Assembly (NCBI GenBank): GCA_964036045.1 | Contig: OZ038379.1 | Span: 25,234,001-25,298,000, forward strand | Reading direction: 5' to 3' | DNA from: Eutreptiella sp. 'Long Island Sound 2002' | Lineage: Eukaryota > Protista > Euglenida | DNA: 64,000 nt | Shown: positions 12,938-22,271 of the stretch, piece after piece | How positions within the stretch are numbered: the stretch's first letter is position 1 | Layout: each line of letters starts with the position of its first letter | Translations under genes and position numbers: made by a program | The notes under the pieces: model-generated | Databases searched by the model: none | What the model was told of the DNA's origin: nothing | What the model saw: the letters and a program-made list of their open reading frames with translations, nothing else

Positions 12938-13441
12938 GGAAAACCTGCCTCCGGCTATCTAAATCGTGACAGGCGAACCGTAAAAAGTCGAGCTACAGCA
13001 CCGAAATTTGAAGTAACAAAAAATTTTACCTCGATTTCCGGTCCGTGGGACACAAACTGAGGAAAAACGTAGCCGAAAAACAATAGTCAAAAGTGGGGTA
13101 TTTACTATGGGAAGGGAAGAAATGTGGTGGGAGAACCTCGAAATCGGGGGTAGGGGACATAGCTGATTTGTAGGGGGTAGGGTAGAGGGGAAAATTGAGT
13201 TGGACAATTGAAAACATTTTAAAAACCTCGTCGAAACCTGACAGTTATTGACAACGCATAAACGTCGGACGCAAAGCAGGCACGCAGAGCATAGGGCCAA
13301 AACCAATAAGGACAATTTCTGATGATCTCTTTCAAATGATGCCATCTGTGTAATCGGTGATTGTGCCGAGCAGCTCAAGGAGTGCTCACTTCAAGTAACG
13401 ATGAGCCTTTCAGCAGTGAAAGACATATTACTCCGGGCAAG

Positions 13442-13615
13442 ATGCTATCGAAATTTCGATAGCATAATATAGAAAGGAATCTGTCGTCGATGCCTATCGA
13501 AATCTCGATAGGATTAAAACATAAAAATCTGACGGGCGGGGGCCAATCGAAATTTCGATTGACGAAACCACAGCATCGGTGGGCATCGAAACACGGTTTC
13601 TATCGAAATTTCGAT
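13442..13615. promoter_or_regulatory. Left subterminal cluster of ATCGAAATTTCGAT palindromes (3 perfect, 1 with one mismatch)
   Basis: Cores at 13447, 13496 (mismatch), 13546 and 13602; the first extends to a 24-bp perfect palindrome (13442-13465). A binding-site role is inferred. Confidence 0.7.
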
Positions 13616-13682
13616 AGAGAAAGCAACAACAAATCACCAGGAGAAATAAAAAACGGAGACTAAAAACATGACATATACTCTA

Positions 13683-16600
13683 CTACTTCTTGGTGGTAGC
13701 CCGACTCGGATGAGAATCCTTGTGGGGCGAGCCCTTCTTCTTGGGCTGATCCGTAGCAGCCTTCGACAACTTGGCCTGAAAATCAGCAAAAGCAGACTTC
13801 TTCTTCTCTTTTTCCTTCTGTGCTCCTTCTTTCTTACCTTTCGCCGATTCCTTTGCCGCCTGCTTTGCTGCTTCCTTCGCCGCCTTTTCGGATTCCTTCT
13901 GCAGAGGAAAGGTAAATGAATGATAAAAGAAAGTGAAACATCAAGGTAGATATGCAAATATAAACAGACATACTTTCTCCTGAGCAGCCGCTTTTTTCTC
14001 TTCTTTCGTCAAGGCCTTGCTGACTTTTTTCTCAGCGTCCTTCGCTGCCTTCGCTTGACCCTTGACTGTGTCCTTGTCTTCCTCATCGTCCGAAGAATCT
14101 ATGGCAGAACAAATAGTGAAGGAAAGGAACAAGAAAAATTTGATGAGGTGTCTTTCAATGCATACCTTCGTCAGTGTCAGGAGCCTCAAGGGGATAACCC
14201 CGCTTCATCCGGTCCAGAACAAGATCCCATTGGATCGGTGGCAGGGCCTGTACCCTTTGAAGGCCAGCTGAAACTGTAAGAAAAAGTAGAAAAAATGAGT
14301 GAGGGAGTTGATTGTACTAGCGGAGGAAGGGAGGCCTTGAAACATACCATCATCAGCAAACTTCGTCAACTGTTCTTTGCTTGGAGCCGTGGACAAACCA
14401 AGAAGAACGGCAACGTTAACGTGAGAACGGAGACGAAGCCGGATGTTGCTCACCAGAACGGGAGATGTAGTCTGAACCGCAACCCAGTTGTACAAGCAAA
14501 ACAAAACTCATTCAAAGGCCATATGACTTCCTGGTGATGTCATGAGAGGCGATCACCTCCATAGAGACTCGTACAGCGACAGTATGGGTGGGCGGGTGGG
14601 ACCCCATCCCCCTGCACCCCCCCATGGGCGGGTGGGAGGGCCCTGTTATAGTTTATAAAATTCTGAATTGAACAGGGCATCATAATGAACAAAACAAAGT
14701 ATGGTGTACAACTACTGTTACTGGGGAAACAGCAGTTGTACAAGCAAAACAAAACTCATTCAAAGGCCATATGACTTCCTGGTGCGCGGTCTTTGTGGTT
14801 CAGTCAGCACCAAGCCATACTCCAGCGACCAAAGATAGTTTTATGGCACCCCGCGCAGTCACGACACCCCTAAGCACAGACACTGTGGGGAACGCCGCAG
14901 CGAACTCGCCACAGGCACTCCAGCCAACAGGCGTCCGGCCTGGGGCACATGGTCGCGTGGTCGTGGATAGGGACCTGTTGAAAAATGGCAAGAGGCCCCC
15001 AGCATCCCACCCTGCGAAGCGTTCCGCCAACACTAAGAGACAGCCCCCACAGGACACTGTGCAAGCTGTCTGTCCATAGCAGTGCGCCCGTTGGGCAAAT
15101 CTGCAATCCATACAGGGCAAGGGAGGGCGGGAAAAGCCTGCAGGGAACGAAACCTGTCCCAAGCTGCTAACCCCGCCGCAGCGAAGTCGCCGCCGAAATC
15201 ACCGTCAATACGGGAGAAACAGTCAGCCGGGTTGAGATCACCTGGGACCCATTCGAGAAAAACAGTCGAAGCAGACCTCTGGAGCAGGTAAAAGGCTCTG
15301 CGCAGGTTCCTGTTATGCCTCTTTAAACCAGACCGGGCGCGCATCCCCGCCAATTGGCCATGGGAGGAGGCATTGTCCCCAACCATCCTGAAGACGGGCC
15401 AGCCCACATTGACGATGAAATTAAGGCCCTGGACCAGGGAGTCCAACTCTGCCTCCTGCTGCGTCAAAACCTCGATCCCACAGCGAAAAACCCTGCCCCC
15501 CAGCGCTGGACCCCAGAGACCCACCTTGAAGCGGTCCAAATCGAAGGCCGCGTCGACAAAAACTAGGCCTCTGCCCGCAGAAGAGGGGGAATCGACACGT
15601 CTCGGGGTCCAACCACGTCGTGACATGACAAGGCAATGCAGGAGGCTATGCACCAGCTTCAAGGGGGTGGAAGGCAAAAAGGAAGAGCCCCACATAACAT
15701 GTGACCACCAGCCAGCCAAAAAGGGGCAAGCGCCCACCTGGGGTCTCAGGGCCCATGAAAAACGGCCTATAACCCGCCGAGCGAGCTTCCGGGATAAAGG
15801 CAGCAGCGCAACGCGTAACCACAGACCAAGCACGACGATCCATTGGTTGGAGACCACAAATACGCCCTGTCCCGCTCCCGACAGCACCAATTTCTTACCC
15901 AACCAGACAATGGACGGCACAGGCTCAAGGATGCTCTTGGGGCTGATGATCGCCCCTTCACGACCCAAAAGGTCACAGAGGCGCGCCGCCGCCGAACGCA
16001 CGTTGCCTGCCCTGAAACCCAAAACGAGAAAATCATCGAGGTAGTGCAAAACCAAGACCGAAACCAAGTCCAGCCCCTGTAGCAAGTAGCCTAACACGGT
16101 CTGGCAAATTACCGGAGAGTATTGCCATCCAAAGGGCAGGCAATTGAAGGCGAACGCCTGTCCGTCAATACTGACCCTGAAGGCCTGCCTGAAGTCATCT
16201 GGCAAACGCAAAGACCAGAATGCATTCTTTAAATCAACATGGCATGCCAGCAGGGGGGCCCCCTCAGGTGCCTCCAAACGCAGGTCATCGAGTGCGCGCA
16301 AAAAAGGGTCGCACAAATAGCGGCCCACGTCCTCAGAAAACGCAAGACACCCCTGGCCCGCCCGCAAGTAATGCAACTCAATGAGGAAAGCCAAATCTTC
16401 CACCACCGGGAGGGTGAAGGACGGCGGGCGGTTGGCATGCTGTTTATTGAACTGCACTAAATGCACTATCATAGATGCTTTCTCCGAATTTTTGGGAACT
16501 GGGAACAGCCAGCCATTAGGGGGAAGGTTGGAAGGGCACCGTGTCAAAACGCCATCCCGCACCAGGGCTCTAGCCATCACCAAACCCTCAAGGAATACTG

Positions 16601-19600
16601 CGGATGCCCGGTAACGTGCGCGTGGACACCGACAGGACATCATTTGGGGCCACCGCGTGCCAAATGAAATCCGGGATGCGAATGCTACCCACCTCCCCAA
16701 TCCCCCTTTCCAGAACATCCAGGGACAACCCCACCAGGATCGGCTTTGGAGACGTCGATTCACGAAAAACCACCGGCCAAAGGTCTGGCTCCAGGCGGTC
16801 AAGTGCTGCAATAGCCGCCTCCAGAAAATCAAAAACCCCCAAATCCCTCGCCACCATATTACCCCTCATCAATAATAATCGGATCCGGGACCTGACGAGA
16901 CCCCTGTCCGCGGGAGGCACCCTTAAGCCTTCGGACACGCGATCCAGCCATTGCTGTCCCCGGCGGGAGTTCAACAGGAGCTCCAAGCCCTCTTCCTCGA
17001 GACCGCAGGCGAAGAAGTCCAGACCCGCCGCCTCCTCCTCGCACAACGGGGGTGGCTCGCTGGTGGTCCCGGGCCCGACCCCTGAACTTCGCGGCGACGG
17101 ACTGGCGTTGGGGGGAACCGCTGGCCCCGACCGACGAGCCTGACTCGGGGGCTTGTGCGGTGGTGGAAGAGTCGGGGGCAACGCCCCCCCCCGTCGGACC
17201 TCTAGGAGGGGATTCTCGGGCCGGGGAGGGCGGATCTGTGCGGCGTCCTGTGGTCGATGCGGACCGCGGGGTAGCCACCGACGGACCCGAGGGGGTCGAC
17301 TGTCCTTGTTTCCGTGAAGGCTGGCGAGGCGGCGCGGGTCGTGAAGGTCGCTTGGCGGTCGGCGGCTGCATAGCGTCCCCGGAGTCGTCCCCTTCCACCA
17401 CTGCCTCGGAACCTCTGTCGCGCTTCGATCCGGTGGCCGGGAGCTTAGCGGGCCTCTCGTCCGGCAAGCAGAGACCCATGAGCGATGACGGCCAGAACTC
17501 GGCTGTGTCGGTGGTGATCCACTTGACCCCCTGACTCGTTGGCCACGGCAGGCGTGAGCTCGAGTGGAAGGTGAAGTCCTCTGGTGCCGCTGCGTAGAAG
17601 TGCGCCATGCGCACACTGGCCCAGCGTCCCCACCAGCATAGGTAGCGCCAGGGGAGGCCACGGAATCGGAGGAAGGCAGCCCCCGCGCGACGCCACGAGT
17701 GCCAGCGGTAAGCCGCGTAAGGGCTGCCTTGGAGCAGTCGGGCCATACCCTCTTCGAGGACGGCGGCTCTGTCGACCATGACGTCCCGTCCAGGAAACTG
17801 GCGCCGCAACCAGTGGGCCCATTCGCCCGCAAAACTGCCGAGGTCACGGGAAACCCAGCGCGAGTCCCGTTTGAGGCCCCAGAAAGCCACCGCCTTCCCC
17901 CGCAGGCCGGAGCGCCGGACAGACGCGATTTCCCCCACGCGGGTGAGGCTGCTGAAGGAGAGGACGGCGGTGGCGAAGACAGCCCAGTCCTCCGGAGTCT
18001 GGCAGGCCTCGGCCATGACCTGCAGAACATGGGGGCCTGCGTAAGGGCGGTCTCCCAGGGTAGCCACCGGCGCACGGGCGAGGCGCCAAAGGCGTTCCCA
18101 TCGTAACGGCGGTATCCATCCCATGACCCATACAGCGTGTAACGCCGACACGGCGCCCCGCAGCGTTGCGGGTCGATATCCCGACCGGAAGAGGAGGAGC
18201 AAAATACTCTCCGCCAGGCTCTGCGTGTCCCCCGCCGGTGCCGACCCATGGAAGAAAGCGATTCGTCGAAGGTGTGAACCATAGGAATTCCGTGTCCCCT
18301 CCTTCCAAGTGCTGATGAGGCATGTCTGGACGTCGTCCGCTGGATCCGCATACCCGAGCTCTCGCCACAAGGCCGCGATGGACCTCCAATCAATGGTTTT
18401 TCCGACCCACTCCGAAACCGGCGCCACTGCCACCGCCGGACTCGCCAGCTCCAAGATCGGTTCCAGCCCCCCCGGCGCGTCTCGTCACTCAAGAAAGGGA
18501 CACCTCCAGACCCAGTGACGGGTCACCTCACCACGAGCCTTGCAGGTCTTGCACGGGCCGACGGGATCCTCAGTCGTGCGCACCCACTCGTTTTTGTGAA
18601 TTTCGAAGAACTCCTCACCGTCGATGATCTTGAAACGCCGACGCATGGCCTTCTTCAGGCGTTTGCCCGCCTCCGACAGGCCCTCCTCCAGCCGAACATC
18701 CGACTCCTTTTGAGATCCAGAGGTTGATGAAGAACCAGACGTTCCCTCGTACCGCTCCTTGTAAGAGGCCGTCGCACAGAAAACGAGCGTCCACAGTGCC
18801 TGCACCAGGTTGTGAAACCTCTCAGAGACCTGCGCGGAGTCGGACGCGTCCATGCTGTCAGACCCATCTGGGTGTTTACGGTCGGTCCATGGCGTGTCGT
18901 CCCTCTTGTCCTCGTTAGTGAGGCCCAGCATGATCTCCTTAGCCGCGGCATCGGACATTTTGGGAACCATAGTGACTGTGGAGGCAGGGACGTTCTCGAA
19001 CTTGAGCAGTCGCACCAGGAGGAAGAGGGCACGATTAATCCACTGGGGATGGTTGGTAGCCGTGTCCGCATCGTGGATGGCCCTCAGTGACAATGCAGGA
19101 ACCTGCAACTGGTCCTTGGGTGGCGCCTCAGTGATGCTTTGGACCTTGGCGGTAAGGGACTTGATGAGCTGACCCTGGTCCTCCAGCAATTTAAGGATCG
19201 CAGGGTCAACTGGCCCAGGCGCCGGCACTGTCGGAGCTGCGGGGGAAGACTTTTTGAACGCCCCAGTGGCGAAGTCCAGCGTGACGTCCTCCAGGAGCAT
19301 GTAGCCCACCAAGCGGTCGAGGAACTCGTCCCGAGAACCCGTGAACGAGACGGTGGACGCGAAATTCTTGGCCCAGGCCTCCCCCTCGTCAGGCATACCC
19401 CGGAGTTCACGCATCAGGACCAGCTTGCGGCGCGTCCAGGACTTGGTATCCGCCCCAAGTCAAAAATCTCCATGGGCGTCCCCTTGGATGTAATCCGCGA
19501 ACGACAGTGCATCCTCCATTTTTATACTGCTGCTTGGCCACCAATTGAAAATCCACGAAGACAGAAGGAACAGCTCTCAAAGGAGTGGAAGCAGATCAGC

Positions 19601-21804
19601 TGTTCGGCCTGAGCAGCAAAAGAGACAGAACCTTCGTCTGAAGGCCCTGTTATAGTTTATAAAATTCTGAATTGAACAGGGCATCACAATGAACAAAACA
19701 AAGTATGGTGTACAACTACTGTTACTGGGGAAACAGCAGATCTCGTTGACGCTTTCTTCGATAACATCCAATTTGAGTTGATGCATGATGCAGCCGAGAA
19801 TCTCCGGAGGGAGTCGATTGTCATCTTCGGCCGGATTGTTGTACCGCTCGTCTTCGAAGGTAATGTACCTCGGGGGCTAAAAGAAAACCAATCGAAATTT
19901 CGATAGGAGGAAGTACGCAAAGCGAAGCTATCGAAATTTCGATAGAACACACCTTCCATTCTTTGATATGGCGCAATGTCAAGACAACGAGCTGGGAAGT
20001 TGCCATGGTGTAATTGCTGGTCAAAATCCCCTTATTGTACAACGCGATGTCCCTGGTATAGAACTCATCATCCGTTGACGCAGAGATGGCGTTCAGAACA
20101 ACGCAGACGTCAGGACGATCTCCAACCAAAAGCAGAACGGGCATCAACTCCTCATCAAGGACGTAAGACAACATCATTGGACACAAGGGGCGTCCCGCAG
20201 CGGTACCCTTCGGAATCTGATAGACGAGAATCCTCGGTTTCAGTCCAGAGATTGCAGCAGGGGTTGCACCGACAGCTGGCCCGATGCGGACTTCACAGAC
20301 TGCCTCACCGGGTTTGGTTTCACCAAGCGTTGCTGTCAGACATTCTGCCGACGTACTTTTGATGACAGGCTTCACCTTCGGTTGACTGAGAGATTCGCGG
20401 AGGGTCTTGAAATCCTCATCAGACCAGATCGGGGCCTTGCTGATGGTCGACCAAGGCGGCAAAGGATGCTGTTCGGTCCACTTCCAGCGCGGGATATGCA
20501 CCTTGAAATCCTGGGGTGACAGCGATGATGTTATTCTCTTCCACTCCGCAAAGTTTTTGCGAGACTCGTGCACGAAGGGGTTGTCCGGATGTTCCAAATG
20601 CCAAGAACAAGTTCGCTGTTCCCGAAGTCTCCGAACGAAGACCTTAAGCAATGGTGGCGTCAGATCACCTTCCAGCAGCCTTTCACAAAGAAGATACGTC
20701 CGATGATGACTGTGTGGTTTTAAATAACAATGACGCAAAGAAAGTAACTACCTGCGCAATCTCCGGCGGATACAATCCCTCAAGCGGCTTATAGTTGTTG
20801 AACACCGGGTTCAACTCGTCCTTCCCCTGAAGCTCGACGAGTTTCGGAATGATCGCTTTGTCCTCAGCTTGGGAAACGAAGCTTGCAAGCACCGTCCATC
20901 GCTTTGCCACTTCTTCGTCTGTGCCTTGCACGGCAGTGTATCCGGTCTTGTGCATCATTGTCAGCGTTGCGGCCTTTGGGGTAGGTACTCCTGCACATAG
21001 ATAATAAGGAAAGATTTGGTAACGGATGTAAATCCAGGTGGACTCGCTATCGAAATTTCGATAAACACCTTTGAGGTGACACTCGGTGAAGAGGCGATGA
21101 AGTCGTTGCTCAAACGTATGCTCAGATCCGCCATGGGATGCCCGGTTGTGATGCCCAGCGAGGGTTTGTCGAATCCAAAAGGGTGTGTCTGCACTCAAAA
21201 TCAACCCGTCGTACATCCTTGTCCAATGAGGCGGTGTCCACCGAGACACTTGAATGTAGCGCCTGACAAGGAAACGTACAATCGAAATTTCGATAGAAGG
21301 TACAATGTAATAGTCCGTAACGCGGAACGGTAATCAATCGAAATTTCGATAGCAAGGTATACCTGTTGGAAAGAGCAAACACTCGATGTATTTGTCCTTC
21401 GGTGGTGGAGCAACAAGGATGTCATCACCAACCAACGCTTTCTTCTTGGTAGTAACCGTTCTAGTTTGACCGAAGCTCATGTCGCGGTCCAGTTCGATCT
21501 TCGAGTAATGAACAAGTTCTCGGGACTCAACCCAATCGGCCAGATAGACCTGAGAAGTATCGTGCCATTCCTCAACCTCTGCGGATGTCGCTGGTCTGCT
21601 CTGCTCTGCAACGATCTTCTTCTTCTTCTTCGGTGGAGGGGACTGAGAGAAGAGCGCGGCCTCGGAAGTATCCGTGCGGGGGCTTGCAATGTCCGTTGAC
21701 TGCGAATACGTTTGTGATGGAGGCTCATCAGAGTCCCCTGCCGGCTGCGACCGCTTCTTCTTCTTGATCCGCTTCTTCGGTGACAAATGGGACTCACCGG
21801 ACAT
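13683..21804 (-). CDS. Transposon accessory gene B: 8 exons, 771 aa, unknown function, interrupted in exon 5 by the YR retrotransposon
   Basis: Exons 21804-21383, 21262-21069, 20990-20774, 20709-19953, 19876-19737 joined to 14484-14348, 14273-14166, 14098-13974 and 13898-13683. All seven introns are GT-AG (64-120 nt) with consistent phases; 2316 nt in total with no internal stop. Lys-rich NLS-like N-terminus and acidic plus K/A/E-rich C-terminus. The intron 1 and intron 3 donors were chosen among alternatives to keep frame. Confidence 0.8.
15033..16832 (-). CDS. Reverse transcriptase and RNase H of the YR retrotransposon; N-terminus apparently frameshifted near 16610
   Basis: Motifs HVDLKNAFW, CLPFGWQYSP, HYLDDFL and WLGK; RNase H VFVDAA, QEAELDS, GDNASS and WVPGDLNPADCFSR. 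Confidence 0.93.
   Translation of the reverse strand: MIFWRRLLQHLTAWSQTFGRWFFVNRRLQSRSWWGCPWMFWKGGLGRWVAFASRISFGTRWPQMMSCRCPRARYRASAVFLEGLVMARALVRDGVLTRCPSNLPPNGWLFPVPKNSEKASMIVHLVQFNKQHANRPPSFTLPVVEDLAFLIELHYLRAGQGCLAFSEDVGRYLCDPFLRALDDLRLEAPEGAPLLACHVDLKNAFWSLRLPDDFRQAFRVSIDGQAFAFNCLPFGWQYSPVICQTVLGYLLQGLDLVSVLVLHYLDDFLVLGFRAGNVRSAAARLCDLLGREGAIISPKSILEPVPSIVWLGKKLVLSGAGQGVFVVSNQWIVVLGLWLRVALLPLSRKLARRVIGRFSWALRPQVGACPFLAGWWSHVMWGSSFLPSTPLKLVHSLLHCLVMSRRGWTPRRVDSPSSAGRGLVFVDAAFDLDRFKVGLWGPALGGRVFRCGIEVLTQQEAELDSLVQGLNFIVNVGWPVFRMVGDNASSHGQLAGMRARSGLKRHNRNLRRAFYLLQRSASTVFLEWVPGDLNPADCFSRIDGDFGGDFAAAGLAAWDRFRSLQAFPALPCPVWIADLPNGRTAMDRQLAQCPVGAVS
16859..18484 (-). CDS. Tyrosine recombinase
   Basis: TRNSYGSHL core-binding region, SLTRVGEI (catalytic R), HSWRRAGA (HxxR), WGRWAS...FYA (W and catalytic Y). 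In frame with gag after one TGA. Confidence 0.92.
   Translation of the reverse strand, partial: RDAPGGLEPILELASPAVAVAPVSEWVGKTIDWRSIAALWRELGYADPADDVQTCLISTWKEGTRNSYGSHLRRIAFFHGSAPAGDTQSLAESILLLLFRSGYRPATLRGAVSALHAVWVMGWIPPLRWERLWRLARAPVATLGDRPYAGPHVLQVMAEACQTPEDWAVFATAVLSFSSLTRVGEIASVRRSGLRGKAVAFWGLKRDSRWVSRDLGSFAGEWAHWLRRQFPGRDVMVDRAAVLEEGMARLLQGSPYAAYRWHSWRRAGAAFLRFRGLPWRYLCWWGRWASVRMAHFYAAAPEDFTFHSSSRLPWPTSQGVKWITTDTAEFWPSSLMGLCLPDERPAKLPATGSKRDRGSEAVVEGDDSGDAMQPPTAKRPSRPAPPRQPSRKQGQSTPSGPSVATPRSASTTGRRTDPPSPARESPPRGPTGGGVAPDSSTTAQAPESGSSVGASGSPQRQSVAAKFRGRARDHQRATPVVRGGGGGSGLLRLRSRGRGLGAPVELPPGTAMAGSRVRRLKGASRGQGSRQVPDPIIIDEG
18485..19414 (-). CDS. Gag-like protein with C-terminal CCHC-type knuckle
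   Basis: 309-aa first ORF of the element ending CKTCKARGEVTRHWVWRCPFLE (C-X2-C-X8-H-X4-C). Confidence 0.8.
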   Translation of the reverse strand: MRELRGMPDEGEAWAKNFASTVSFTGSRDEFLDRLVGYMLLEDVTLDFATGAFKKSSPAAPTVPAPGPVDPAILKLLEDQGQLIKSLTAKVQSITEAPPKDQLQVPALSLRAIHDADTATNHPQWINRALFLLVRLLKFENVPASTVTMVPKMSDAAAKEIMLGLTNEDKRDDTPWTDRKHPDGSDSMDASDSAQVSERFHNLVQALWTLVFCATASYKERYEGTSGSSSTSGSQKESDVRLEEGLSEAGKRLKKAMRRRFKIIDGEEFFEIHKNEWVRTTEDPVGPCKTCKARGEVTRHWVWRCPFLE

Positions 21805-22257
21805 TGGGCAAATGTACTGAGGGTGATTAACGAGGTAAAACCTGTGCGCAAACGAGCTGAGGAACTCGCAAATGGACGATTGGGGCGACGAAAGTGCTAC
21901 TTTGCTTGTGAGACCGAATATTTCTGTCAAGGTTTTTCAGTACCTCTAAATATGAAGCGATAAGCTCATATTCATCGGTTACATTCCACTTAGAGTCCAA
22001 ATGTCGTAAATTCAATCGAAATTTCGATTGAGGTAGTAGTCTATCGAAATTTCGATAGACCGCGGACGACGTACTAAGAAACGTTGTCTGATTAGGTTTA
22101 CATAGACTTCGAAGGAGATGAAATAGATCGGATAAGCATAAAATAGATCGAAGGAGCATTGAACAAAGCAAAGAAAGGGTATTACATGATGCAACGATTC
22201 GATCAAGTACTTACGCACTGAAATTGCAACATACAAACGTGCAATCGAAATTTCGAT
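19891..22257. promoter_or_regulatory. Internal ATCGAAATTTCGAT palindromes in gene B introns and the intergenic gap (8 perfect copies)
   Basis: Intron 4: 19891 and 19930. Intron 2: 21049. Intron 1: 21281 and 21337. Intergenic: 22015, 22043 and 22244. Confidence 0.7.
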
Positions 22258-22271
22258 AAGGGACTCAAATC

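Larger units (their letters stand above)
14485..19739 (-). mobile_element. Tyrosine-recombinase (DIRS-order) retrotransposon, TATE/VIPER/Ngaro-like, with split direct repeats
   Basis: ORF order gag-YR-RT/RNaseH. A1 19643-19739 matches A2 14639-14735 (97 bp, 1 mismatch); B1 14733-14784 is identical to B2 14485-14536 (52 bp). No TSD; shared CAG core. Confidence 0.93.

Noticed and set aside
20710-20751. 42-nt intron 3 using the CAG|GTAGTT donor
   Set aside because: It puts exon 4 out of frame with a stop after 8 codons; the donor at 20773 keeps the frame and gives a 64-nt intron similar in size to the others.
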